Below, piece after piece: positions 7,144 through 16,876 of a DNA stretch of 53,641 bases. The stretch comes from a virus. Its lineage: Duplodnaviria > Caudoviricetes. The stretch is from positions 1 to 53,641 of IMG/VR virus record IMGVR_UViG_3300013119_000172; one strand, 5' to 3'. A model generated the notes under the pieces. That model was not told the origin of the DNA. It made no database searches and saw nothing but the letters and a program-made list of their open reading frames with translations. Numbering within the stretch: position 1 is the stretch's first letter; every line of letters starts with the position of its first letter. Made by a program: the position numbers and the translations under genes.

Positions 7144-7380
7144 TTAGTTCTGACACCCCTTGCAACGCGACCCCCTACTCTGTCTGCGGCCTTGTTTTGA
7201 AATGACAATCTTTTTAAAGTTTTTGATCGAGTCCTCTATCAGTTGACCATTTGAGAGAGCCCTTATTGTCCCAGAGCTATTTATATATGCTCCGCACATA
7301 ACTATTTGGTTTCTGGGGACATGCAAGAGATACTCGCCGGGAAATATTTTATCTGCTTCCCGTATTACTTGGAATTCCAT
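7144..7380 (-). CDS. Hypothetical protein
   Basis: AGGAGG RBS; TAATG overlap; C-terminal CKGC. Confidence 0.7.
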   Translation of the reverse strand: MEFQVIREADKIFPGEYLLHVPRNQIVMCGAYINSSGTIRALSNGQLIEDSIKNFKKIVISKQGRRQSRGSRCKGCQN

Positions 7381-8288
7381 TATTCCTCCTTTAGTGACAT
7401 AAGTGAGTCATAGACTTTGTGTTTTAAGTCTCGTAAGCGTTTCAAGGCTCCTTCCCTGCGAAGGATCTTGAAGGCAATGTTTTCTGGTGAGAATTCTTGC
7501 TCAGGTGTCTCCAAGCCAGCATTTCTCATTTGGCTTATTTTGTCTTTTACTCTGTTGATACTTTGGGATGCTGCCTGTCCATCACCTTGGCGTATCATTT
7601 GGGAAATCAGTCCTATTTGCACAAGATAATCATCCGACTTCTTCTTCGCTGTATCAAAGTCTATACTCCTTTCAATTCTTTCTGGTTCCACGACCCACTC
7701 ACCAGACATCACGGAGTAAACACCAGACGAATGATGAGTTTGGCCTACATCTTCTACATAGATCTCTACCTCGAAGCCCTTGATGAGAATGCGATGCTTG
7801 TCGTTCCAGAGCATCCTAGACTTGTCATAAAACTGTTTTAATACTTCACTACCATTTTCATTTTTTGCGAAGTCTATGACGATGTGGAGGTCAATGTCAG
7901 AATATTTTGACCAATTGTAGTTGGCCAAAGATCCTGTGAGTCTGATATCTACTATTTCATCGGTTGGTTCTAGATCAGCCATAAAGTTTTTTACTATATG
8001 AATGAGCCTTTCTGAGACTTCTGGGGCAAGGGTCTTGTTTTGCCAAAACTCTGGATGTAGGGTATCTTTTATTTCAAAACTCTCTGGTTCTACTTCTTCG
8101 CCCAAAGGTGGTGCCGATTTAGAGCGAGTACGCGGTGGCTTCTCTTTATAACCAGAGCCGCCAGCGTCAGTGTCTATCGTGCCACCTGTGATATATGTAT
8201 CTCTGTCTGCGACATGGCCTTTGCGGACTTTGCGCTGATATGCCTCTATTTCTTTGAGGCTTGAGAAGTATGAGTTCCAATCGTTCAT
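7380..8288 (-). CDS. Pol-beta-superfamily nucleotidyltransferase with N-terminal leader
   Basis: LTGSLANYNWSKYSDIDLHIVID (GS...DxD) plus a third acidic strand EVEIYVED; ACTATTTA box just upstream. Confidence 0.85.
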   Translation of the reverse strand: MNDWNSYFSSLKEIEAYQRKVRKGHVADRDTYITGGTIDTDAGGSGYKEKPPRTRSKSAPPLGEEVEPESFEIKDTLHPEFWQNKTLAPEVSERLIHIVKNFMADLEPTDEIVDIRLTGSLANYNWSKYSDIDLHIVIDFAKNENGSEVLKQFYDKSRMLWNDKHRILIKGFEVEIYVEDVGQTHHSSGVYSVMSGEWVVEPERIERSIDFDTAKKKSDDYLVQIGLISQMIRQGDGQAASQSINRVKDKISQMRNAGLETPEQEFSPENIAFKILRREGALKRLRDLKHKVYDSLMSLKEE

Positions 8289-8333
8289 AATTTAAATAGT
8301 CTCCATTGTTAAGAATCAAGTATTGGGGTAATT

Positions 8334-9374
8334 TTAAGCAAGTGGCAATTCTACGGCATTGGCGACATAAAGATATTTGCCGCTAAGACGGAGCGTCCAA
8401 GATGCTCCATCATTACTTGAGGTATATATCCCAGTTGCGCTAACCGCAACCCAGACTCCTCCTTTCCAAGCAATAGAAACTATGCCCTTTGAGCCTGCTG
8501 TGTTGTTTTTTTGTGTCCAAGATGAACCATTGGTGCTGGTATAGATCACGCCTTTTTGGGCACCAATCATCCACAGGGAGCCATTATAGCTCACCCCATA
8601 TAGAAAACTACCGTTATTGAATGCGCTATTTGGGATATTTATCCAAGTATCGTTAGCCAAATCAGAACAACGCCAAGCTTCTTTCTGGGTACGATCCGTT
8701 ATGATCCACATACCTCCGCCGTATACTGCATCGCGCATGTATTCTCTTGTACCAGTTCCCGTGTCGTAAGATTCTGACCAAGTTAAACCATTATCAGAAG
8801 ATTTATATATTTTGCCCTCGTGAACATCGCCCAAGATCCAGTTGTTGTTTCCGTCCGAAGCTACTGTGTCCCAGTGCCGATTAGTTGCTCCAGACCAAAC
8901 GTTTATAGCTGTCCAAGTTTGGGCACCATCTGTCGAACGCTGGATTGTGGTAGCGTCATTGCCAACAGAGATCCATACTCCATTTCCGTAAGCGATACCA
9001 CGCTCAAAACCACTAAACTGGCCTTGATTTACTTGTGTCCAGCCGCTCGCCCCTTGGGATGGATCACTTGTATATAGCACCTCTAAATTTGGGTTTCCGT
9101 GAGCTATTACCCAAGTTCCATCACCGTAGGCAACTTGATAGTTTTCTTTTGTTGTGTTAGCTGGTGATTTATAGCTTGTCCAAGTTATTGCATCATAACT
9201 GTACGCAACTTGGCCGTCGTTTCCTACTGCCACCCACTCTGGGAGCGGTGCAGCAGGTGTTGTATCCAAGGTGATGCCATCAACTTTAGATACAGCATCT
9301 TTATTACGGCCAGAGAAATTCTGTATATCTCCGTGTGTTTTCTTTCCTCGTTTTCCTATCTTGCGTGTTGGCAT
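8334..9374 (-). CDS. Asp-box/BNR-repeat beta-propeller protein, probable tail/receptor-binding component
   Basis: Repeated SxDxGxxW boxes (STDGAQTW, SSDNGLTW, STNGSSW, SSNDGASW) and YGxGxW repeats; coupled to the fibre gene. Confidence 0.8.
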   Translation of the reverse strand: MPTRKIGKRGKKTHGDIQNFSGRNKDAVSKVDGITLDTTPAAPLPEWVAVGNDGQVAYSYDAITWTSYKSPANTTKENYQVAYGDGTWVIAHGNPNLEVLYTSDPSQGASGWTQVNQGQFSGFERGIAYGNGVWISVGNDATTIQRSTDGAQTWTAINVWSGATNRHWDTVASDGNNNWILGDVHEGKIYKSSDNGLTWSESYDTGTGTREYMRDAVYGGGMWIITDRTQKEAWRCSDLANDTWINIPNSAFNNGSFLYGVSYNGSLWMIGAQKGVIYTSTNGSSWTQKNNTAGSKGIVSIAWKGGVWVAVSATGIYTSSNDGASWTLRLSGKYLYVANAVELPLA

Positions 9375-10672
9375 TAGCTCAGTTCAACCCAGTTATTTGA
9401 CGGATTAAAGTAAATAACTTTGGATGCTGAAGAACAGTACCCAAGAATACGAACAATTGCCCCCGATGTTGATGGTGCTGTAGTGTCCATTTGGTTTGCT
9501 GCTTCACTCATATATACTGTCTTGCCAGCAGAAAAGTTTGACAATTTGGCGTTAGCATCGAACCAGCCTCGTATGAGCATACCGTCAGCTGCCGGATCAG
9601 TGCCCAGTGCAATCGCCAACATCTGGTCTGCTCCCGAACTTGCTGCCGATGCGTCTGTATTTGTCCACACTCCGGTGGTCTCTAGATAATAGAGAGCGCC
9701 AGCTACCGTGGTGCCGGTTCCAAATGTAACAACTTCGCCGCCGCCAGTATCATTTGCAAGAGAGGTGGGATCATGGTGAACATCAAGTTGTACTAGCGGT
9801 GAAGTAGTTCCAATTCCGACTGCACCATTATAGTCTACAGTCAGCCGCTTGGTGTTCTGTGTAACGATGTGTAAATCGGGAGCGTTAGAATAGGCATTTT
9901 CACTATCTAGTATAATACCGCCGTTCTTTCTGTTTTCAGCTTGCGAGCCTTGGCCACCGATGTGCATCATATAACCCACCCTACGAAGGTGTGCCTCGCT
10001 GTCGGCTGCCGGATGCTGAATACTCACACAACGCTCGAATGGGTTACTAGTTGACTCACTATCTCTAACACCAGTTCGTATATCTAGCAGTGGTACGGTG
10101 CCAGCAAACAGTGTTCCAGCAGTGGCATCCAAAGTTAGAGCATTCGATGTGTTATCATATCGGAACACTATTGTATCTGATGCACCCTCAACCCAGAATG
10201 TTGGCGTTGATGCTGCTTGTGGATCGCTGGACGGATCGGTATATATTTTAAAATCACCATCCTTGAGATAGAATGACGCATTTCTATCTGCCGATGAAGA
10301 CAGCTGTAATGTCGAGCCATCATAAGTTAATGCACTGTCGCCTTCAATTGTAGTTGAGTCTGTCCAAACTGCCAGTTGGTTATTAACTGGGGTGCCAGTA
10401 TTTGAAACGTTTCCACCGCCACCGCCGCCAGATGTTGCCCAAGTCACAGTACCATTACCATCGGTCTGCATCGTCTGATTTGATGTGCCATCTGCTGTTG
10501 GGAGGGTATATGCTCCGTTAATCTTGACTGCCGAAGCTGTTACGCTCAAGATGGTGGAACCTCCTGCAACTAAGTCTATCTGATCTTGTGCGAAGTCTAT
10601 TTTTGTGTTGGCATCATCCTCGAATGTGATATCGCCCATTTTGCGGTCGCCTTTTGAAAATTTATAACTCAT
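9374..10672 (-). CDS. Tail fibre-like protein
   Basis: YTLPTADGTSNQTMQTDGNGTVTW and GAVGIGTTSP fibre motifs, Gly run, Thr/Ser/Gly-rich; start MSYKFSKG chosen from the AAGGAG RBS and ACTATTTA box. Confidence 0.8.
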   Translation of the reverse strand: MSYKFSKGDRKMGDITFEDDANTKIDFAQDQIDLVAGGSTILSVTASAVKINGAYTLPTADGTSNQTMQTDGNGTVTWATSGGGGGGNVSNTGTPVNNQLAVWTDSTTIEGDSALTYDGSTLQLSSSADRNASFYLKDGDFKIYTDPSSDPQAASTPTFWVEGASDTIVFRYDNTSNALTLDATAGTLFAGTVPLLDIRTGVRDSESTSNPFERCVSIQHPAADSEAHLRRVGYMMHIGGQGSQAENRKNGGIILDSENAYSNAPDLHIVTQNTKRLTVDYNGAVGIGTTSPLVQLDVHHDPTSLANDTGGGEVVTFGTGTTVAGALYYLETTGVWTNTDASAASSGADQMLAIALGTDPAADGMLIRGWFDANAKLSNFSAGKTVYMSEAANQMDTTAPSTSGAIVRILGYCSSASKVIYFNPSNNWVELS

Positions 10673-11024
10673 CTTTGCTTTTCTCCTTTGCTTCGTAAAT
10701 AGTTTGTTCACCATCTTCGAACGTGATGATTGTTCCATTTGTGGGGTGTGATCTCACATGTATCTTTATGAAGTCATCAAATGCATCAAAGAACGCGATT
10801 GAGCCGCGAGGTGGCGGTGTCAGCCAGTGGATTACTGTGTGGCCTGTTGCAAATGTTACCCCTTCGATTATCACACCTTCGCCCGAAACACCAGTCTCAT
10901 CGTTTTGGCGGCAGACCGTAAAGGTTCTAATACCTTCTGGTGCTCTATTACTGGGTCGCTTAGGCTTCAAATCTTCCGGTTCAGTTAACGTAGTGGCTCC
11001 ACTAAGCTCATCTTCTGTCTGCAC
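10662..11024 (-). CDS. Hypothetical phage protein
   Basis: RTFTVCRQNDETGVSGEGVIIEGVTF..G..VIHW core; AAGGAG RBS. Confidence 0.75.
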   Translation of the reverse strand: MQTEDELSGATTLTEPEDLKPKRPSNRAPEGIRTFTVCRQNDETGVSGEGVIIEGVTFATGHTVIHWLTPPPRGSIAFFDAFDDFIKIHVRSHPTNGTIITFEDGEQTIYEAKEKSKDEL

Positions 11025-11260
11025 TAGGCTTCTCCTTTGGGCTCTATTTCAAGCAATCCGTCTAAACATAACTCTTGTATTGCCTCAAATGCTGCCTTGT
11101 CGGCCATAGCTTCGTCATGGCACCTCTCGTTGTTGTATGAAGAAGTTTTCATCGCAGTCTTCAACTCTCGTAAGTGTTGTTGTAGAACTCCAATTTTACT
11201 TTCTATTGACTCGATCTGTTCATCAATTGTAATATAACATTCTTTTGCTTTCTTGGCCAT
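11024..11260 (-). CDS. Small coiled-coil hypothetical protein
   Basis: GGAG RBS; ACTATTTA box upstream. Confidence 0.7.
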   Translation of the reverse strand: MAKKAKECYITIDEQIESIESKIGVLQQHLRELKTAMKTSSYNNERCHDEAMADKAAFEAIQELCLDGLLEIEPKGEA

Positions 11261-11297
11261 AGAATTTCTCCATTTATTGTAAATAGTTTACAAAATC

Positions 11298-12074
11298 CTA
11301 TTTGCTAGTGTTGGCAACATATGCCCAATTGATTTTAAAAGACGGAACAACAATAACCATGTCCTCTAATACGTCTATTCCGTATGGAGTCTCTCCTATG
11401 TCTATTGCCAGAACGTATCCAATGAATTTGCCGTCCTCAGAGAAAACTCCTGATCCTGATGATCCAGACCAAGCAAAAGAGTCCAAAAGAAGAAAATCGG
11501 CTGAAGTGTATCCTATTACTTCTCCGCTTAGGGTTACTGGGCCCGAATTGTTTGGATACCCTGTATAATATGTTTTGTTCATTATAGAATATACCGCTGC
11601 CCATCTGGATCCCCGTGGAAGAAAGGTTGGTATTTCTACTGCCTCTACTGTTGGAATCTTCTCTACTTCTATAATAGCATAATCTACTAATCTATTAATC
11701 TCGGCATATCTCTTGCATTCATATCTTTTGTCTCCGACACTAATCAATACGGCGTTGCAGTCGCCCAGTATACCATGAGCAGTAGTTAGGACATAGTATT
11801 TCCCGTCTAGTTTCAAATATGTCCCACTAGACGATGAAACATTCAAAAGACTAGGAGCCATAGAGTATACTCTAACCGCACTGTTTCGGGAAATAGATAT
11901 TACTCGTTGATGTAAGTTGGGTATGTTGCTTGAAATGTTATCTGGATCTTGAATTGTTTCTACTGCTGGAATGTTTGTATAGATAGGCGTTGCCAATATT
12001 GCGACTGAGCCAACAATAAAGCCGGCCAATAACGCAATTGTTAAAAACAACAATGAACGCACAAAACTCTTCAT
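11298..12074 (-). CDS. Trypsin-like serine protease with N-terminal signal/TM anchor
   Basis: Catalytic triad motifs LTTAHG, DYAII and GSSGSGVF. Confidence 0.88.
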   Translation of the reverse strand: MKSFVRSLLFLTIALLAGFIVGSVAILATPIYTNIPAVETIQDPDNISSNIPNLHQRVISISRNSAVRVYSMAPSLLNVSSSSGTYLKLDGKYYVLTTAHGILGDCNAVLISVGDKRYECKRYAEINRLVDYAIIEVEKIPTVEAVEIPTFLPRGSRWAAVYSIMNKTYYTGYPNNSGPVTLSGEVIGYTSADFLLLDSFAWSGSSGSGVFSEDGKFIGYVLAIDIGETPYGIDVLEDMVIVVPSFKINWAYVANTSK

Positions 12075-12089
12075 ACAGTAACTATGTGC

Positions 12090-15000
12090 TTAAATCTGTT
12101 TTTGATAACTAAAGAAGACAGGTAATTCCTGAAGGCCTGATTTTTTAGCAAACCAGACTATTTCTTCGCCGCCAGTTATCTTTATTCTTCCATTTTGGCC
12201 CAATGCTATAAACACTGGTGTCGGGGCCCCTTGTGCAATAAATGTCTCATATTTGGCATCGAAATCGCTTTTTGTGCCGCGATAGACTTTATCGCAATAT
12301 TTCCATATCTCGTCAACATCCAGCATAACATGATATCGCATATCTCGTGTGTCCATTGCTGTGTCATACCCCATTACCCCACCTTCTGACCAATCTGACA
12401 AAATGTCCTCTAATGAGTTTGCGGGAGTTGGCATTGAGGTAGTGACGTCACTTGGATCCATGAACTCGGTTATACTGCCTCTCTCTGTTTCTTCTTTGAT
12501 TCTAGATACTGGTTTTCTTTGAAGTATCTTTAAGCCCCTTATTTTCATAATTTGAGGAATTAGTACTCTACGTAGATAGCGTGTTCGACTTTCTGTACCA
12601 ACAAGCTCAAATTTGATTTCTATTTCGGCAGAATCTTGGCGGTGGATGGAGTTATTTGTACTAACGGTTCGGACGGTAGTAACACCTTCGATGCCACGAA
12701 TCTCTGTTTGAATATCCATCATTTCGCCACCTAGATCTCGCCGAATAGACACCAGCAGTCTTACGCTATAAATTCTCAAATCATAAGAATTGTCACTTTC
12801 ATTAAGTGCTCTATCGATTCGCATTATCTGTTCCTCGACACTTTCTGGATTTGCATTCCTGTATGCCTGCGCTGCAGCTTCAACGGGAGTCTGGCCTTGA
12901 TCGTTAACGCCTATATTATCTTCCTGTGGCTGATTTCCTTGCGGCTCGATCCATCTATCAAAGTGTGGGCCGTATGCTGGGCCTTCCCATCGGTAATTTC
13001 GAGCGATGTAGCCAGCACCCGCAGTTATTAAAGCACTCTTTACGTTGCCCTCAAAGTTTGTAGGAGCCCTGTTGTCGTCGCCCGGAAGCGAAAGCCAAGG
13101 AACTTCGACTGTGGCGGCTTGTAACATATCGTTCCATGTTGCTCGCTCGATTTTATTCATATGTTCGAAAGCTTCCTGATCCCAAGTATAGAACATAAGC
13201 ATGGTCGCGAGCCTCGAATTAAATCTCGGATCTTCTCCGTTCTCCCACTCTGGTCGAGGTGGGGTACCGGCCATCCGACTAATATATCCCGCTATAGTGG
13301 CGAGATAACCGTCGTGTCGTTCTCGGGATCCTCTGGCTTCCTCTACCTTCTTCTTTTTCTCTCTGTATTCTTCTAGAGCCTCTTGGTAAATTGTCTCAAA
13401 AGCTATATGGATTCTCTCGATGTTCTTGTCGAGATACTCAACAAATTTGAAGGCGCCCTCGACCTCTTCTTCTGTATCGGCGGATTTGATGATAACTTCC
13501 ATTCCGTACCCGAGGAAACGGTCTCCATTATGAGTCCGATTGGTTGCTTGTTTATCGGTCAGCTCTGTTGGCTGAACGAGCCAAGTGCTCAAAATGGCAC
13601 TTTTGGCCAAGTCAACACCAAACGAGTCGGCTGGCTTGTCGTATTTAGGATCGCCAAAGTCAAAGTTCATTTGTCGAGCAACATAGGCGTTTGCCTCTGC
13701 TTCAAGTCGATGAAGCTCTACCATTAGCGACTGGTTTGCAGCGCCGGTGTGAACAACGTATCGGCGAAGGCCTTGGGAGGCGAGATGGCCGCCAAGAACG
13801 TCTACAATATCTACCTCGATTACCTCGGCAGTGCTTTGGGGAGTTCTTTGACGAGCAGGCCATCGATCTGCCATCTTCATCATCGCATTAGTCGGACGAT
13901 ACGATTTTGTTCTCGCATAATTCTGGAGAGAGAAACTCATTTCTCCCTCACCCTCATAGTATCTGAAATTCTTGAGGCTTTTTGCCCATTTCTTGTGTTC
14001 TTCGTCTTCCGCCTTTTTATCGTAATGTGATGGCGTGATGTATTCGTTTTCGACAAGACTCCTGCGGATCCTCTCCTCGATCTCTGAATGATTTTCGTCC
14101 CATTCTCTTGAGATGTATTCTGCGAGGTACGCAACATCGTCAGGGTTGGTGCAATCATCTAATGCTCTGCAAACTGTATGAACTACAACTGCCAAGTACC
14201 ACTTGCCATGAGCGCGTCTCACGTCCCATTCCATCTCCTCGTACTCAGCGAAAGGTGCACCCAAAATATCCTGAAAGTCGCTTAATTGTTGCCAGTCGGT
14301 GCGGTGTGTATTCGGAATCTTCGGCATTGAGGTATCATCGCCGTTCAATTCGAGATACCAGCCGTCTTCAGCATCTTCAACGTTTGTTGCGCCAGTGAGT
14401 GGAACGATAAAGGTGCAGGTAGCGGTCGCCGAGACATAAATCTCCTCTGCACCACCGCCGAACTCTTGGCCGTCGTGGACCTCTGCGTATATGATGGAAT
14501 ATTCCGCCGCTTGATTGTGGCTCTCCACAATGTCTTCAATCCTCTCGCTCCATTCTTCTAATAGTGCTTGATGTACGTCTTCTTGATCGTGATCCTCGAC
14601 GTTGACGTCTGGGTAATACTCCCCTTCTCCGCCTTCCGCGAAGAAGTGGTTGAGCATTGTGCCATCTTTTGTATCTTCATACGAGCCGCCGGTGCGGAAG
14701 AGATCTTCCATCTCTGGAAGCATCAAGCGACCGTCGGCGTCGACGAATTCTTCTTTTTGTTCGCCCCAAGCCCATTTCGTGACTGCTTGAAGAAAGCCCG
14801 GCACTGATGTTCCATATAGGCGCCTCTCTGGTACAGCGAATTCGGTGGCCATTTCGTGGTCTCCGAACCTGCGGAGCCTTACTCGTGCCTGAGCGCCAAT
14901 GCCCTCGATGCTTCTCTGCTTGTCTCTGAAAATCTCCTGATCGTCGAGATCAGAAATGTTCTCGACTGCTTTGCTCTCGGGAACTTCGGGTTCTACTGGT

Positions 15001-16484
15001 TCGCTAAAGTTGATTCCAAGCTTCCATTCTTTGCCCACTACGGCAGCTTTGGCGGCCTTGATAAACACTTCGTCATTCAAGTGTTTACGCACACCTGTGG
15101 GTAATGATTTGAACGCGCTTTTGCTACTGTTTTGAATCCCGTCGATAATAGCGTCAACTCGGTCGTGCTTTTTAATTGTATTCTTTACGTCAAGTTCTTT
15201 CGCAACCTTTGGGAACTTTTTGTAATACTGGGTCATCCAAGTGTGGGCTTCCTGCTTCTGATCCCAAATCTTCTTTGCTCTCTCGTATTCTGCGTATTCG
15301 CTGTCGTCGGCGTATGGGGCGACAGGAGGTGCATAGCCGTTCTCGACCATCTCTCCTTCTGCGGAGATGTGGGCGGAATCGCCGGCTGTGACCACAGCGA
15401 GTAGAGCCGCCTTAATGTTGGGAAGAGTGAACCATTTTTCTGCTGAGAAGTCCAGTTGCGCAAACTCTACTCTGTATCTCTCTTGGAAAAACTTTGCAAA
15501 CTTCTCCCAAAGAAATGCGCCATTACTATCAAAGAAGCGTTTGTATGGCTGGTGCTCTCCGACACCATCTCTTGTATTTTTGAAGTTCTTCCAAAACTTC
15601 TCGGCGTTTCTCAGGCGATCAACGATAGTTGCCCTGAAGCGTTTGTCGTCTGTGTTTTCGGAGCTTAGGCTCAATGCTTTACCGGACATTAGTCTCTCAA
15701 GCTCTTCTGGCTTGACAAGATAGGCTACGGGGCCATGGCCTCTGGACTCGGCTACTGCACAATGGAAGTACCCAGAGCCCTCGCTGTGGCACGAGCGGAT
15801 GTTGCTGATGTCGCTCATGCGGAGAACATCAAGAGGATGTCGCGAGAGGATAACCTTCATACCTGTTGGCTTTGAAGTCCCTTGGTTGAGGAAGATCTGC
15901 TCGATCTGTTTCCACTGCTTTTCTTTGGTGTAATAAGTCTGCTTCTGGTTCCACCAGTCTTTTAGCTCTTGCGGGAAACCCTTGTCCTTGAGAATGGCGC
16001 GAGACATGGTTGTTTCATCTGTCTTTGTGATAGTCTCGCCTGCTCTTGGGCCCTTGGGAATTGTGAGAGTGCGAGACTTGGTGAGACGTAAGTCAGCTAC
16101 TTTAATTGGCTCCTCATATTCCTCCCCAGTTCCTAGCCGACGCTTCTTTTGCATAACCGTGTTTACGGGGAACCTGCTTATCGCTGCCCATTCTGGATCC
16201 TCTGGTAATTCCCAGTCCTTCTCTACGAGAAGCATTACAATTTCATAAAGCTTTATGGCATCTTCCGATTCTACAGAAATTACTCTTCGGAGTTTTCCGT
16301 CGAACATTTCGTCAAATGAAAGTTTGCTGTAGTCTCCATCAAACCAATCCATAACTTCTGTGGCGGCTCGTGGGCTAATTTCGTTGAGTTCGCGTTGTTC
16401 TGTGACGAGAGAACCTTTCTTTTGTTTCTTTTCTCGTCGGGCCTCATCTACAAAGTTAAACCATTTGCCAATACTAATATCCAT
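12090..16484 (-). CDS. 1464-aa multidomain protein, probably virion-associated
   Basis: Long ORF; leader ending in E; ACTATTTA box; C-terminal ACT/ferredoxin-like and ParB/Srx-like segments are inferred. Confidence 0.8.
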   Translation of the reverse strand: MDISIGKWFNFVDEARREKKQKKGSLVTEQRELNEISPRAATEVMDWFDGDYSKLSFDEMFDGKLRRVISVESEDAIKLYEIVMLLVEKDWELPEDPEWAAISRFPVNTVMQKKRRLGTGEEYEEPIKVADLRLTKSRTLTIPKGPRAGETITKTDETTMSRAILKDKGFPQELKDWWNQKQTYYTKEKQWKQIEQIFLNQGTSKPTGMKVILSRHPLDVLRMSDISNIRSCHSEGSGYFHCAVAESRGHGPVAYLVKPEELERLMSGKALSLSSENTDDKRFRATIVDRLRNAEKFWKNFKNTRDGVGEHQPYKRFFDSNGAFLWEKFAKFFQERYRVEFAQLDFSAEKWFTLPNIKAALLAVVTAGDSAHISAEGEMVENGYAPPVAPYADDSEYAEYERAKKIWDQKQEAHTWMTQYYKKFPKVAKELDVKNTIKKHDRVDAIIDGIQNSSKSAFKSLPTGVRKHLNDEVFIKAAKAAVVGKEWKLGINFSEPVEPEVPESKAVENISDLDDQEIFRDKQRSIEGIGAQARVRLRRFGDHEMATEFAVPERRLYGTSVPGFLQAVTKWAWGEQKEEFVDADGRLMLPEMEDLFRTGGSYEDTKDGTMLNHFFAEGGEGEYYPDVNVEDHDQEDVHQALLEEWSERIEDIVESHNQAAEYSIIYAEVHDGQEFGGGAEEIYVSATATCTFIVPLTGATNVEDAEDGWYLELNGDDTSMPKIPNTHRTDWQQLSDFQDILGAPFAEYEEMEWDVRRAHGKWYLAVVVHTVCRALDDCTNPDDVAYLAEYISREWDENHSEIEERIRRSLVENEYITPSHYDKKAEDEEHKKWAKSLKNFRYYEGEGEMSFSLQNYARTKSYRPTNAMMKMADRWPARQRTPQSTAEVIEVDIVDVLGGHLASQGLRRYVVHTGAANQSLMVELHRLEAEANAYVARQMNFDFGDPKYDKPADSFGVDLAKSAILSTWLVQPTELTDKQATNRTHNGDRFLGYGMEVIIKSADTEEEVEGAFKFVEYLDKNIERIHIAFETIYQEALEEYREKKKKVEEARGSRERHDGYLATIAGYISRMAGTPPRPEWENGEDPRFNSRLATMLMFYTWDQEAFEHMNKIERATWNDMLQAATVEVPWLSLPGDDNRAPTNFEGNVKSALITAGAGYIARNYRWEGPAYGPHFDRWIEPQGNQPQEDNIGVNDQGQTPVEAAAQAYRNANPESVEEQIMRIDRALNESDNSYDLRIYSVRLLVSIRRDLGGEMMDIQTEIRGIEGVTTVRTVSTNNSIHRQDSAEIEIKFELVGTESRTRYLRRVLIPQIMKIRGLKILQRKPVSRIKEETERGSITEFMDPSDVTTSMPTPANSLEDILSDWSEGGVMGYDTAMDTRDMRYHVMLDVDEIWKYCDKVYRGTKSDFDAKYETFIAQGAPTPVFIALGQNGRIKITGGEEIVWFAKKSGLQELPVFFSYQKQI

Positions 16485-16525
16485 TTTATTGTTACTCCAG
16501 TGTCATAAATAGTCTTAGTTTTGAC

Positions 16526-16876
16526 TTACTCCCAGAACAATTGAATTGCCATTATCAAGAATGATAAAAAGATACATAACATTGTTTTGGCTGTAAACAT
16601 TGATTCATTTAAAAGATACCAAGTTAGTATCGGGAACGTGAAATAAGACATACTGTATATCAAGAGCCGTGGGCCCCAGACCTCTCCTGTTGCTCTGTAG
16701 GCTATCCCAATTCCGTACCAGAAACACAAACTGGCAGGTATCGAATATATGAAAACTGTCAGTAGCGGCTTGTCTGCCCACCATTCCCACACAAATTGAG
16801 AATTAATTTGGAACCAACCTAACAATTGACCAACTGCAAACAATGTGCATGCTTTGAGTAATTCAGTAGTTTCCAA
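16526..16876 (-). CDS. Small 4-TM membrane protein (SMR/DMT-like)
   Basis: Four hydrophobic segments in 116 aa; LLNESMFTAKTMLCIFL resembles a DMT C-terminus. Confidence 0.65.
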   Translation of the reverse strand: METTELLKACTLFAVGQLLGWFQINSQFVWEWWADKPLLTVFIYSIPASLCFWYGIGIAYRATGEVWGPRLLIYSMSYFTFPILTWYLLNESMFTAKTMLCIFLSFLIMAIQLFWE

